NCBI GenBank assembly: GCA_963555995.3
Contig: OY821641.1
Coordinates: 1-64,000 of the forward strand
Direction of reading: 5' to 3'
DNA: 64,000 nucleotides
DNA from: Vicinamibacteria bacterium
GTDB lineage: Bacteria; Acidobacteriota; Vicinamibacteria; Marinacidobacterales; Marinacidobacteraceae
In this document: piece after piece, positions 20,994 to 29,797 of the stretch
Numbering within the stretch: the stretch's first letter is position 1
Layout: every line of letters begins with the position of its first letter
Notes under the pieces: model-generated
Database searches by the model: none
Seen by the model: the letters and a program-made list of their open reading frames with translations, nothing else
Told to the model about the DNA's origin: nothing
Position numbers and translations under genes: made by a program

Positions 20994-22664
20994 CATCCCC
21001 GTCTCGGCCGGGGCGTCGGGGAGCAGTCCGGCGTAGGCATAGAGGAAGGTGGCGATGGACTTCTCCGCGCCTGCCATCCCGTAGACCTCGCCGGCGCCCT
21101 CGATCACCCAGAACTCGTTGGCGGCGTGCGCGCCGCCCCCGTGGCCGGCGGCCCCGCCCACGATCGGCATCGAGAGGTCGGTGCCGTCCGCGAAGTCGCC
21201 GTCCCGGCCGCTGAAGAGATAGGCCGGCCAGTAGCCGCCGAGGATCGTCTCGCCCTCGATGGGATTCCGGTAGCGGATGCCGAAGATGTCGTAGGTGCGG
21301 AGCAGCGAGTGCGCCGCCCGGTTGTCATAGCTCGACTTCGACCACGGCACGTCGCCGATGATCGTCATCTCGACGTCTTCGTAGCCCTGCTCGTCGAGGT
21401 AATCCCGGATCTTCTGGACCATGTCCAGCCCGTCCATGCTGGGGACGTAGCGCATGTTGTGCTTGGAGGTGATCCGGTTGGGCAGGATCGCGCCCGCGCC
21501 GCCCGGATACATGTTGCCGGCCCAGACCCCGTCCATGTTGAACGAGATCCCGTAGCGGGCGCTCTTCAGGTAGGTGAGCGGGTCGTCGCTGATGAAACGG
21601 GCCACCCCGATGTTCTCGGCGGCGATGGTCATGTCGAGATTCTCGGCGGCGCTCTGGAACATCGCCTCCTCGGCGTCGTTCAGCGGGTCGGCGCCGTCGT
21701 AGAAGCCGGGGATCAGGACCCGGTTCCCGTCGTCGGACACGAGTGAGGAGAGCATCTTCACGTGCCGGAGCGCCGGGGCGTCGGTGGAGCGCTTGTGCGC
21801 CCCGTGGATGTTGGAGGCCACCGGGCCCCGTCCCCAGCTCGCGCCGCTGGTGGTCAGCTCGATATAGACGCAGCCTTCGGAGCCCCCGCCGATCCCGGCG
21901 GCGCCGGAACGGGACTGGGAGCCGAAGCGGTACATCGCATCCGCCTCGCGGAAGAGGTCAGGGTTTTCCCGCACGAACTGCCGGAGGCCGATGGACATCC
22001 GCTCCTCGTCGCCCTCGGCGATGAAGATCAGGTTCACCGGCATCGTCCCGGTGACTTCGAGGATGGAATGGAACGCGTTCCACTGGACCATCTGGGGTCC
22101 CTTGGAGTTGGTGGCGCCCCGGCCGATCATCACCTTCTTGAAGGGGCCGAACTCGGTGAATTCGCCGTCGAACGGCGGCAGCACCCAGGCCTCGGGCTGG
22201 GTGATCGGCATGGTGTCGTACATCCAGTAGATGAGCAGCGTGCGTTCCGCGCCGTAGTTGCAGTTCGCATAGACCACCGGGTTGCCGGGCTGCCCCCACT
22301 CGGTCATCGGGATCTCGTAGACCTGGGAGTGCTGGCAACCGAGCTGGTCGAAGAAGCCCTTGACCATCTGGGCGGATTCGGGGATGCCCTCGCCGGAGTT
22401 GGAGATGCTCGGCTGCTGGATCCAGCGGCGGAGGTTCATCGTGTGCGCGTCCACGTTGTCGTCTATGTACTCGAACACCTGCTGGAGTTCCTCGGGGACC
22501 TGCGACAGGTCCGGGGAGATCTCGGTGTCACCGGCCGCGCGGACCCCGAGCGCCTCGGTCGCGGGGGCCATCGGGTCCTCCGCCTCGGGCGCTCCACAGG
22601 CGAGCAGGCCGAGCCCCGAAGCGAGGATCGGAATCAGGCCGAATCGGGTTGCCTTTCGCGTCAT
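20982..22664 (-). CDS. M20/M25/M40-family metallohydrolase lipoprotein, copy 1
   Basis: QPSIS, GNPVVYA, MYDTMP, GRGATNSKG, EGDEE, AHAANE; lipobox LLAC. Confidence 0.85.
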   Translation of the reverse strand: MTRKATRFGLIPILASGLGLLACGAPEAEDPMAPATEALGVRAAGDTEISPDLSQVPEELQQVFEYIDDNVDAHTMNLRRWIQQPSISNSGEGIPESAQMVKGFFDQLGCQHSQVYEIPMTEWGQPGNPVVYANCNYGAERTLLIYWMYDTMPITQPEAWVLPPFDGEFTEFGPFKKVMIGRGATNSKGPQMVQWNAFHSILEVTGTMPVNLIFIAEGDEERMSIGLRQFVRENPDLFREADAMYRFGSQSRSGAAGIGGGSEGCVYIELTTSGASWGRGPVASNIHGAHKRSTDAPALRHVKMLSSLVSDDGNRVLIPGFYDGADPLNDAEEAMFQSAAENLDMTIAAENIGVARFISDDPLTYLKSARYGISFNMDGVWAGNMYPGGAGAILPNRITSKHNMRYVPSMDGLDMVQKIRDYLDEQGYEDVEMTIIGDVPWSKSSYDNRAAHSLLRTYDIFGIRYRNPIEGETILGGYWPAYLFSGRDGDFADGTDLSMPIVGGAAGHGGGAHAANEFWVIEGAGEVYGMAGAEKSIATFLYAYAGLLPDAPAETGMDED

Positions 22665-22732
22665 CGAACTCTCCTTGGCGAGTGGGACGGAGCCTGGACC
22701 GTACCCCCGCTTCGGAGCACGGCCAACAGGGG

Positions 22733-22762
22733 AAGATATGTCCCGGCGCGCCGGCCTGTCAA
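22733..22762 (-). promoter_or_regulatory. Sigma70-type promoter of M20 copy 1
   Basis: TTGACA-N18-TATCTT on the minus strand; conserved upstream of copy 2. Confidence 0.6.
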
Positions 22763-22780
22763 AGGGCGGCGAGAGTCACA

Positions 22781-23246
22781 GAGATGGCGGAAACGGCTTG
22801 GAACGCCGGTCTCCAGACCGGCACGCGCGGCGCCCCGCGCCGCGCATGTCGCGCCGCTGCTCACGCGAGGCGGCGCTCCAAGCCGTGGGCGCCACCTCCG
22901 CTCTGGGGTTCCACGCCCGAGGCGGAAAACACCTTTTCCGGGTGGGGTTGCGACGTTCGCAGCGCGGAGCGCTGCGGCTGCCGGTCTGGAGACCGGCGTT
23001 CCAAGGCCTGGGCGCGACCTCCGCCCTGGAGTTCCACGCCCGAGGCGGGAAACACCTTTCCGGGTGGGGTTGCGACATTCGCAGCGCGGAGCGCTGCGGG
23101 TGCCGGTCTGGAGACCGGCGTTCCAAGCCGTTTCCGCCATCTCCGCCCTGGAGTTCCATGCCCGAGGCGGGAACCACCTCTTCCGGGTGGGGTTGCGACA
23201 TTCGCAGCGCGGAGCGCTGCGGGTGCCGGTCTGGAGACCGGCGTTC
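22781..23246. repeat. BIME-like REP array: one forward arm plus three ~122-bp tandem units, each with a reverse arm
   Basis: Units start at 22894, 23017 and 23139; 22781-22824 is a perfect 44-bp inverted repeat of 23100-23143. Confidence 0.9.
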
Positions 23247-23247
23247 G

Positions 23248-24930
23248 CTAGTCCTCGTCCATGCCGGTCTCGGCGGGGGTGTCCGGGAGCAGTCCGGCGT
23301 AGGCGTAGAGGAAGGTCGCCACCGTCTTCTCGGCCCCGGCCATCCCGTAGACGTCGCCGGCGCCCTCGATCACCCAGAACTCGTTGGCGGCGTGGGAGCC
23401 GCCTCCGTGACCGCCGGCGCCGCCCACGATCGGCATCGAGAGGTCGGTGCCGTCCGCGAAGTCGCCGTCCCGGCCGCTGAAGAGATAGGCCGGCCAGTAG
23501 CCGCCGAGGATCGTCTCCCCTTCGATGGGGTCCCGGTAGCGGATGCCGAAGATGTCGTAGGTGCGCAGCAGCGAGTGCGCCGCCCGGTTGTCGTAGCTGG
23601 ACTTCGACCACGGCACGTCGCCGATGATCGTCATCTCGACGTCCTCGTAGCCCTGCTCGTCGAGGTAGTCCCGGATCTTCTGGACCATTTCGAGCCCGTC
23701 CATGCTCGGGACGTAGCGCATGTTGTGCTTGGAGGTGATGCGGTTCGGCAGGATCGCGCCAGCGCCGCCCGGGTACATGTTGCCGGCCCAGACGCCGTCC
23801 ATGTTGAAGGAGATCCCGTAGCGGGCGCTCTTCAGGTAGGTCAGGGGATCGTCGCTGATGAAGCGGGCCACCCCGATGTTCTCGGCGGCGACCGCCATAT
23901 CAATGTTCGCGGCGGCGTTCTGGAACATCGCCTCCTCGGCGTCGTTCAGCGGGTCCGCGCCGTCGTAGAAGCCCGGTACCAGCACCCGGTTCCCGTCCTC
24001 GGTAACCAGCGACGAGAGCATCTTCACGTGCCGGAGCGCCGGGGAGTCCACGGAACGCTTCCGGGACCCGTGGATGTTGGAAGCCACCGGGCCCCGTCCC
24101 CAGCTCGCGCCGCTGGTGGTGAGTTCAATGTAGACGCAGCCCTCCGAGCCGCCGCCGATCCCCGCGGCGCCGGAGCGGGACTGCCTCCCGAAGCGGTACA
24201 TCGCCTCGGCCTCCCGGAAGAGGTCCGGGTTCTCGCGGACGAACTGGCGGAGGCCGATGGACATCCGCTCCTCATCGCCCTCGGCGATGAAGATCAGGTT
24301 CACGGGCATGGTGCCGGTGGCTTCCAGGATGGAGTGGAACGCGTTCCACTGCACCATCTGGGGACCCTTGGAGTTCGTGGCGCCCCGGCCGATCATCACC
24401 TTCTTGAAGGGGCCGAACTCGCTGAACTCGCCGTCGAACGGCGGGAGCACCCACGCCTCGGGCTGGGTGATCGGCATCGTGTCGTACATCCAGTAGATGA
24501 GCAGGGTGCGCTCCGCCCCGTAGTTGCAGTTCGCGTAGACCACCGGGTTGCCGGGCTGCCCCCACTCGGTCATCGGGATCTCGTAGACCTGCGACTGCTG
24601 GCAGCCGAGCTGGTCGAAGAAGCCCTTGACCATCTGGGCGGACTCGGGGATGCCCTCCCCGGAGTTGGAGATACTGGGCTGCTGGATCCAGCGGCGGAGG
24701 TTCAGCACGTGCTCGTCCACGTTGTCGTCAATGTGCTGGAACACCCGCTGGAGTTCCTCGGGGATCTGGGACAGGTCCGGGGAAATCTCGGTGTCGCCGT
24801 CAGCCCGGACGCCGAGCGCCTCGGTGGTGGAGGCCATCGGGTCCTCCATCTCGGGCGCTCCACAGGCGAGCAGGCCGAGCCCGGAGGCGAGGATCGCAAA
24901 CAGGACGAATCGGGTTGCCAATGGGGTCAT
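23248..24930 (-). CDS. M20/M25/M40-family metallohydrolase lipoprotein, copy 2 (tandem paralog)
   Basis: 560 aa, near-identical to 20982-22664; AAGGAG RBS before ATG 24930. Confidence 0.85.
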   Translation of the reverse strand: MTPLATRFVLFAILASGLGLLACGAPEMEDPMASTTEALGVRADGDTEISPDLSQIPEELQRVFQHIDDNVDEHVLNLRRWIQQPSISNSGEGIPESAQMVKGFFDQLGCQQSQVYEIPMTEWGQPGNPVVYANCNYGAERTLLIYWMYDTMPITQPEAWVLPPFDGEFSEFGPFKKVMIGRGATNSKGPQMVQWNAFHSILEATGTMPVNLIFIAEGDEERMSIGLRQFVRENPDLFREAEAMYRFGRQSRSGAAGIGGGSEGCVYIELTTSGASWGRGPVASNIHGSRKRSVDSPALRHVKMLSSLVTEDGNRVLVPGFYDGADPLNDAEEAMFQNAAANIDMAVAAENIGVARFISDDPLTYLKSARYGISFNMDGVWAGNMYPGGAGAILPNRITSKHNMRYVPSMDGLEMVQKIRDYLDEQGYEDVEMTIIGDVPWSKSSYDNRAAHSLLRTYDIFGIRYRDPIEGETILGGYWPAYLFSGRDGDFADGTDLSMPIVGGAGGHGGGSHAANEFWVIEGAGDVYGMAGAEKTVATFLYAYAGLLPDTPAETGMDED

Positions 24931-24967
24931 CGGAATCTCCTTCATGAGCCGGACGGGCCAAGACCGG

Positions 24968-24996
24968 AAGATATGCCCCGGCTCGGCAGCCGTCAA
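24968..24996 (-). promoter_or_regulatory. Sigma70-type promoter of M20 copy 2
   Basis: TTGACG-N17-TATCTT on the minus strand. Confidence 0.6.
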
Positions 24997-25048
24997 AAGG
25001 GGGAGCGCGGTCCAGTGGTACGCGCCGTGAGGGTGGATGGGGTCGTGC

Positions 25049-25099
25049 CGTGCGCGGCGCGGAGCGCCGCGCGTGCCGGTCTGGAGACCGGCGTTCCAA
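25049..25099 (-). repeat. REP arm with adjacent hairpin; 51-bp inverted repeat of 22798-22848
   Basis: 2 mismatches in 51 bp against the reverse complement of 22798-22848. Confidence 0.85.
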
Positions 25100-25200
25100 C
25101 CGGACCGCCGGCGCGGCGGGAACCGCCTCCTGCATCCCCGGCGCTCCCCGCATACGCTTCCCGAATCCGCCGTTCCCCCGCCCGCTCCCGTCTCCCGCCG

Positions 25201-26430
25201 CTGGTTCCGGCGGTGCTCCTTGCCTGGGCTGCCTGCAACCCCGCGCCGCCCCCCTCGGCGGACCCCGTTCCGCGCACGGCCGACGAACTCGCCGGCCGCT
25301 ACGTGCGGCTCGCCTTCGCGCTCCACGAGCGCGACCCGCTCTTTCTGGACCTCGTGTTCATGGAGGTTCCTCCGGCGGGCGAGGACCTTGAACTCCGGGA
25401 GATCGCCGACCGCGCCATGCGCCTCGCGGACAGCTCCCGGGAGATGGCGCGGACCGGGGACGAGTTCCGGGTCCGCCGCATCGAGGCGTCGCTCCGCGCC
25501 ATGGCCTTCCGCGCCCGTTCGCTGCTCGGGGACCACCGCCCGGTTGCCGAGGAGCTCCGCGAGGTCTTCGGGCTCTCCTGGAGCGATCCCGAGGTGGACA
25601 CCGACCGCCTCCACTTCCGCGTGGACCGCTCGCTCGCCGGCGTGGCGCCCCTCAAGGTCCGCGTGCGCCGCTACTACGAGCGCTCGGACGTGCCCGGGGG
25701 GTCGGCGGAGGGCCGGTTGCGCGAGGCGCTGGCGGCGTGCCGGGGGCTCGCCCTGGGCGAACCGGCCGCGATGGAGATCGAACCCCTGGGCATCCGGTGG
25801 ATGGAACCGGCGGAGGCGCTCGCGCTTCCGACAGGTCCCTCGCCCTTCTACCGCTACTCCGGGGAAGGGAAGGGCGCCCTGTGGCTGCCCCGGGGCCTTC
25901 CGCTCCAGTCCACGGAACTGGACCGGCTCGCCTGCCACGAAGGTGTCCCGGGCCATCACCTGCAAGCGGTCGTCGCCGATCGGGAGTTCCAGGCCACCGG
26001 ATGGCCCGAGCTCGGGATCGTCCCGCTCTACGGTCCCCGGACGGCGGTGTTCGAGGGGCTCGCGGCAACCTTCGAAGGGCTCGCCCCGGCGGCTCCCGCC
26101 GACGCGTCGCTCCGCGCCCTGGAGCCGGTGGTGTCCCGGGTGCTCGCCGGCTACCTGGACGGAGACCTGACCCGTCTGGAGGCGCTCCGCGCGCTCGACT
26201 TCGAGGCCCTCGTTCCCGATCCGCACGGCCTCCTCGGCCACGCCGATCGCTTCGGGGGCTACGCTCTCGTCCGGCCCTCCGTGGACCCGGCGTTTCGCGC
26301 CGCCCTGGAGAGCCTCATGGACCCCCGGCTCTCACCGGACGACCGCCTCTCCCGGATCGTGAAAGCGGTCCGCGAAGCCATGAGTCCGGCGGAGTTCCTT
26401 CAACTGTTTTCCCCTTCTCTCCATAATTGA
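25201..26430 (+). CDS. DUF885-like putative metallopeptidase lipoprotein (start uncertain)
   Basis: Lipobox-like WAAC; LACHEGVPGHHLQ (HExxPGHH); AVFEGLA; no clear ATG found. Confidence 0.6.
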   Translation: MVPAVLLAWAACNPAPPPSADPVPRTADELAGRYVRLAFALHERDPLFLDLVFMEVPPAGEDLELREIADRAMRLADSSREMARTGDEFRVRRIEASLRAMAFRARSLLGDHRPVAEELREVFGLSWSDPEVDTDRLHFRVDRSLAGVAPLKVRVRRYYERSDVPGGSAEGRLREALAACRGLALGEPAAMEIEPLGIRWMEPAEALALPTGPSPFYRYSGEGKGALWLPRGLPLQSTELDRLACHEGVPGHHLQAVVADREFQATGWPELGIVPLYGPRTAVFEGLAATFEGLAPAAPADASLRALEPVVSRVLAGYLDGDLTRLEALRALDFEALVPDPHGLLGHADRFGGYALVRPSVDPAFRAALESLMDPRLSPDDRLSRIVKAVREAMSPAEFLQLFSPSLHN

Positions 26431-26445
26431 CCGCTGGTTGACGCC

Positions 26446-26979
26446 TTGCTGACTCGCCCGGCGAGCTTCCTGCTCGCAGTCTTCGCCCTCGCCGCCTGCG
26501 GGGCTCCCGAAGAGGAACCGCCCTCCGAGGGGATGGAAGGCATGGCAGGAATGGGCGGGATGATGATGGCCCACGGCGATCACGCTCCCCGGTACGGGGG
26601 CTACGTCTTCATGCACGGCGATCTCCACTTCGAGGTCGTGCTGACCGCGGAAGGCGAGCACCGCATCTATTTCTCCGACGCCATGCGGAGCGAGCTACCC
26701 GCCGCAGTGGCCGAGGAACTCCGGATCACGATCCGCCGGACGACCGAGGCGGGCGAGGAACTCGAACCCTTGCGGCCCCGGATTGATGAGTTCGGCGAAG
26801 CCTGGATCGCAGCCGGCCGCCCCATCGCCACCGAGGACACCGCCGCCATCGTGTACTTCCGCTTCGAGGGCGCTCCCTACGAGATCGAGGTCCCGTTCAT
26901 CATGGAGCCCCCGACGGTGGATCCCCACACCGGGCTGCCGATCGCCGCTCCGCCCCCGGACGCCGAGGAACCCCGGTAA
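26446..26979 (+). CDS. Met/His-rich lipoprotein, putative metal-binding
   Basis: Lipobox LAAC; MEGMAGMGGMMMAHGDHAPRYGGYVFMHGDLHFEVV. Confidence 0.6.
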   Translation: MLTRPASFLLAVFALAACGAPEEEPPSEGMEGMAGMGGMMMAHGDHAPRYGGYVFMHGDLHFEVVLTAEGEHRIYFSDAMRSELPAAVAEELRITIRRTTEAGEELEPLRPRIDEFGEAWIAAGRPIATEDTAAIVYFRFEGAPYEIEVPFIMEPPTVDPHTGLPIAAPPPDAEEPR

Positions 26980-27015
26980 GGCGAACGCCGGCCACGGGCC
27001 GGGAGCGGGTGCCCG

Positions 27016-28362
27016 CTACTCCGAGCGCAGCGCGACGATCGGGTCGAGCCTCGACGCGCGCCGGGCCGGGTACCAGCCGAAGAAGACGCCGACCCCCATC
27101 GCGAGCACGGCGGCCCCGCCGATCGCCAGCGCCGGGATGAGGGTCCGCCACCCGAACATGGCTTCGACGAGCGCCGAGGAGAGCCCGCCCAGGGCCACCC
27201 CGAAGAGCCCGCCCAGCGCGGCGAGGCCGATCGCCTCCGCGAGGAACTGCCACATCACGTCGCGGCGCCGCGCCCCGACCGCGAGCCTGAGGCCGATCTC
27301 CCGGGTGCGTTCCGTGACCGCGAGCAGCATGACGTTCATGATCCCGACGCCCCCAACGATCAGGGAGACCCCCGCGAGCGCGCCGAGCAGGAGAGTCATG
27401 GTCGAGGTCGCGCGGTTCAGGGTGCCCACCATCTCCTCGGAGGTGACTTCATCCAGCTTGGGCATGGAGGCGAGCACGAAGGCGGCGGCGGTCGTGTAGA
27501 GCCCCTGGGTCAGCGCTTCGGTGGCCTGGGTGCGCACGACGAAGTCGTCCGGCAGGCGCGTGCCGCGCCGGAACGAGTGCGGCGCGGTCGCTTCCGCGGG
27601 AGGCGCCGCGCGGGTCAACTCGTGCCGCTCGCGGAGCAGGTTGGCCACGTCTCGAGCCACCCGCGAGGCGTCGCCGGCGCGCTCGGTGGCGATCGCGACG
27701 GCCTGCAGGTAGCCGCGCCCCACCAGATCGGCCAGCAGGGTGTGAGGCACCATCGCGGCTTCGGCCAGGCGCCGGTCGGACGACTGGTAGATTCCGACCA
27801 CCTCGAACTCGCGCTCCCGGATCACCACCGTCCGGCCCACTCCGGAGCGGCCGGGGAAGAGTTCGGCTTCCACGGGAGAGGACAGCAGCACGACGGCGCG
27901 CCGGTTCCGCACGTCGCCGGCGCCGAAGTTCTCCCCGTCCAGGAACCGCACCTGGTAGATCAGGGGTCCCTCCGCCGAGACTCCGTGGATCTGGGCGAAG
28001 GAGTCGCCGGTGTCCGCGAGCAGCGCCGTCCGCTCTTCCACGACCGGGGTCACCATCGCCACGTCGGTGATTCCCCGGATCGCCTCGGCGTCTCCCGGTG
28101 TCAGCGTGTCCGCCCGGCCGAACCCGGAGGGGATGTTCACCGCGTCGCCGCCCCGGATGTAGTTGCCGGCCCGCACGACGATGATGTTGGTCCCCGCGGA
28201 GCGCACGTCGTCGGCGACGGCCGCCCGGGCGCCGGAGCCGAGTGCGGCCATGGTGATGACGGAGGCGACGCCGATCACCAGGCCGATCAGGGCGAGCGCG
28301 GTCCGCAGGGGATTCGCGGTGAGGGCGGCGCTGGCGGTCCGGAACGGGAGCGGGGCTTCCAC
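27016..28362 (-). CDS. MacB/FtsX-like ABC transporter permease (second paralog)
   Basis: [48 protein letters not shown]. Confidence 0.92.
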   Translation of the reverse strand: MEAPLPFRTASAALTANPLRTALALIGLVIGVASVITMAALGSGARAAVADDVRSAGTNIIVVRAGNYIRGGDAVNIPSGFGRADTLTPGDAEAIRGITDVAMVTPVVEERTALLADTGDSFAQIHGVSAEGPLIYQVRFLDGENFGAGDVRNRRAVVLLSSPVEAELFPGRSGVGRTVVIREREFEVVGIYQSSDRRLAEAAMVPHTLLADLVGRGYLQAVAIATERAGDASRVARDVANLLRERHELTRAAPPAEATAPHSFRRGTRLPDDFVVRTQATEALTQGLYTTAAAFVLASMPKLDEVTSEEMVGTLNRATSTMTLLLGALAGVSLIVGGVGIMNVMLLAVTERTREIGLRLAVGARRRDVMWQFLAEAIGLAALGGLFGVALGGLSSALVEAMFGWRTLIPALAIGGAAVLAMGVGVFFGWYPARRASRLDPIVALRSE

Positions 28363-28422
28363 GGGATGCGGAGTCTAAGGGTGGGGCGGAGCGACGGTCT
28401 CGGAGCACACGCGCAACGTGCT

Positions 28423-28585
28423 GGGACCGCCGGTCTTCAGACCGGCACAGCGGGCCGAAAGCCCGCGGACGTCGTGTCGCGGCTTGCGGTGATGAACCGG
28501 CAGCAAAGCGTCACCGCGCCGATCCGCGTCGCGCCGTGCGCTGCGCTGTCGCGCAGCGCGTGCCGGTCTGAAGACCGGCGGTCCC
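28423..28585. mobile_element. REPIN/MITE-like element (inverted relative to 8148-8320)
   Basis: 26-bp perfect TIR GGGACCGCCGGTCTTCAGACCGGCAC; same 163-bp core length as the 8.2 kb copy. Confidence 0.85.
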
Positions 28586-28677
28586 GGCCGGCAGCGCAAG
28601 TTCGCTGGTTGACCCTTCGCCCAGGCCGCATCCTCATCGCAAACGCACGCCGCCACCGATCCTCTGGCGGGAGCCTC

Positions 28678-28724
28678 GGAGCGCCGGCCTCTGGCCGGCA
28701 TCGCCGACCGCAGGGAGGCGAAAC
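28678..28724 (+). repeat. REP-like arm with conserved 3' flank
   Basis: Matches 2883-2929 and 314-336. Confidence 0.8.
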
Positions 28725-28815
28725 GCACACCGCCAAAAGAGAGCCGTACGTGGCCCCCGTTCACGGGCAACCGGGGCGCGTGAGTTTTGCCACCGGCTGC
28801 TAAAATAAGCAAGCA

Positions 28816-29250
28816 ATGAAGCAAGCACTTTCCGTCAACCCGCGCCAGGCGGAGCTCCGCAGTCGAGCCGCCAAGCGCGGCAAGTACGCCGCCCTCCACC
28901 GGCGCCTCGCCGGCCTGACCGGCGACGTCTGGCAAGCCTCGTTCCGCGAAATCGAGGAGGTTCTCGGATTCGAGCTTCCCGATTCCGCCCGCCTCTACCC
29001 GGCCTGGTGGTCGAACGGAGACCGTCACAGCCACGCGCTGGCGTGGGTGGCGGCGGGTTTCCGGGCGCGGCCCCGGATAACGAAGGAGGTCATCGTCTTC
29101 GAGCGGGACGCCGAGCCCGGCGAGGCGGCGCCACGGTCCGGCCCGCCGTGGTTCGATCCGGACAAACTCTTCACGCCTTGGGACCCCGGTCCCTGGCCCG
29201 AGGGATTCACGGCCTCTCGTGAGCAGATCTACGACGACGACGGACGCTGA
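28816..29250 (+). CDS. Putative antitoxin: DUF7662-like N-terminal domain + VapB-like acidic tail
   Basis: KYAAL...SFREIEEVLGFELPDSA...WWSN...AWVAAGF...VIVFER; tail SREQIYDDDGR; 6 nt upstream of vapC. Confidence 0.6.
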   Translation: MKQALSVNPRQAELRSRAAKRGKYAALHRRLAGLTGDVWQASFREIEEVLGFELPDSARLYPAWWSNGDRHSHALAWVAAGFRARPRITKEVIVFERDAEPGEAAPRSGPPWFDPDKLFTPWDPGPWPEGFTASREQIYDDDGR

Positions 29251-29256
29251 CCCGCC

Positions 29257-29679
29257 GTGTTCGTGGACACCAACGTTCTCGTTCAGGCCCGTTTCCCTGG
29301 CGCGCCGCACCACGTGACCGCCGGCGCCATCCTGGCGCGGGCGACCCGCGAATCCGGACGACCGTGCATCAGCCGGCAGGTACTGCGTGAGTACCTGTCC
29401 GTCACTACCAGAGCCCAAAGCTGGGCACGGGCGCTCCCGATGAAAGCTGCGCTTCGGGACCTCGCGGCCATTCGCGACAGCTTTGCCGTGCTCGAAGACG
29501 GCCCCGCCGTCACTACCCTCCTGGAGTCCCTTTGCCGCAAGATCCCGGTCGCCGGCAAGCAGGTCCACGACGCCAACATCGTGGCCACCATGCTGGCCCA
29601 CGGCGAGCGCCGCCTGGCGACCCTGAACGCGAAGGACTTCCGCCGCTACGGAGACCGCATCGAGATTGTCACCGGCTGA
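29257..29679 (+). CDS. vapC: VapC-family PIN toxin
   Basis: FVDTNVLV, SRQVLREY, GKQVHDANIVATM, TLNAKDF. Confidence 0.9.
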   Translation: MFVDTNVLVQARFPGAPHHVTAGAILARATRESGRPCISRQVLREYLSVTTRAQSWARALPMKAALRDLAAIRDSFAVLEDGPAVTTLLESLCRKIPVAGKQVHDANIVATMLAHGERRLATLNAKDFRRYGDRIEIVTG

Positions 29680-29797
29680 GCCGCCGACGTTCCAAGCCGG
29701 CGGCGCCATCACCGCCGTTGAAGACCCGCGCGGCGTTTTCTTGCTTCCGTCCCGGCGCTTGAAGCGCCGCCGTTCAGCCGCCGGATACACTGCCGGA

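Noticed and set aside
22894-23246. Possible CRISPR array
   Set aside because: The whole ~122-bp units are near-identical with no unique spacers, they contain REP arms, and no cas genes are present.
22360-26430. 1356-aa ORF on the + strand
   Set aside because: Mostly the antisense shadow of the M20 genes and REP array; only the last ~410 codons look like a real gene.
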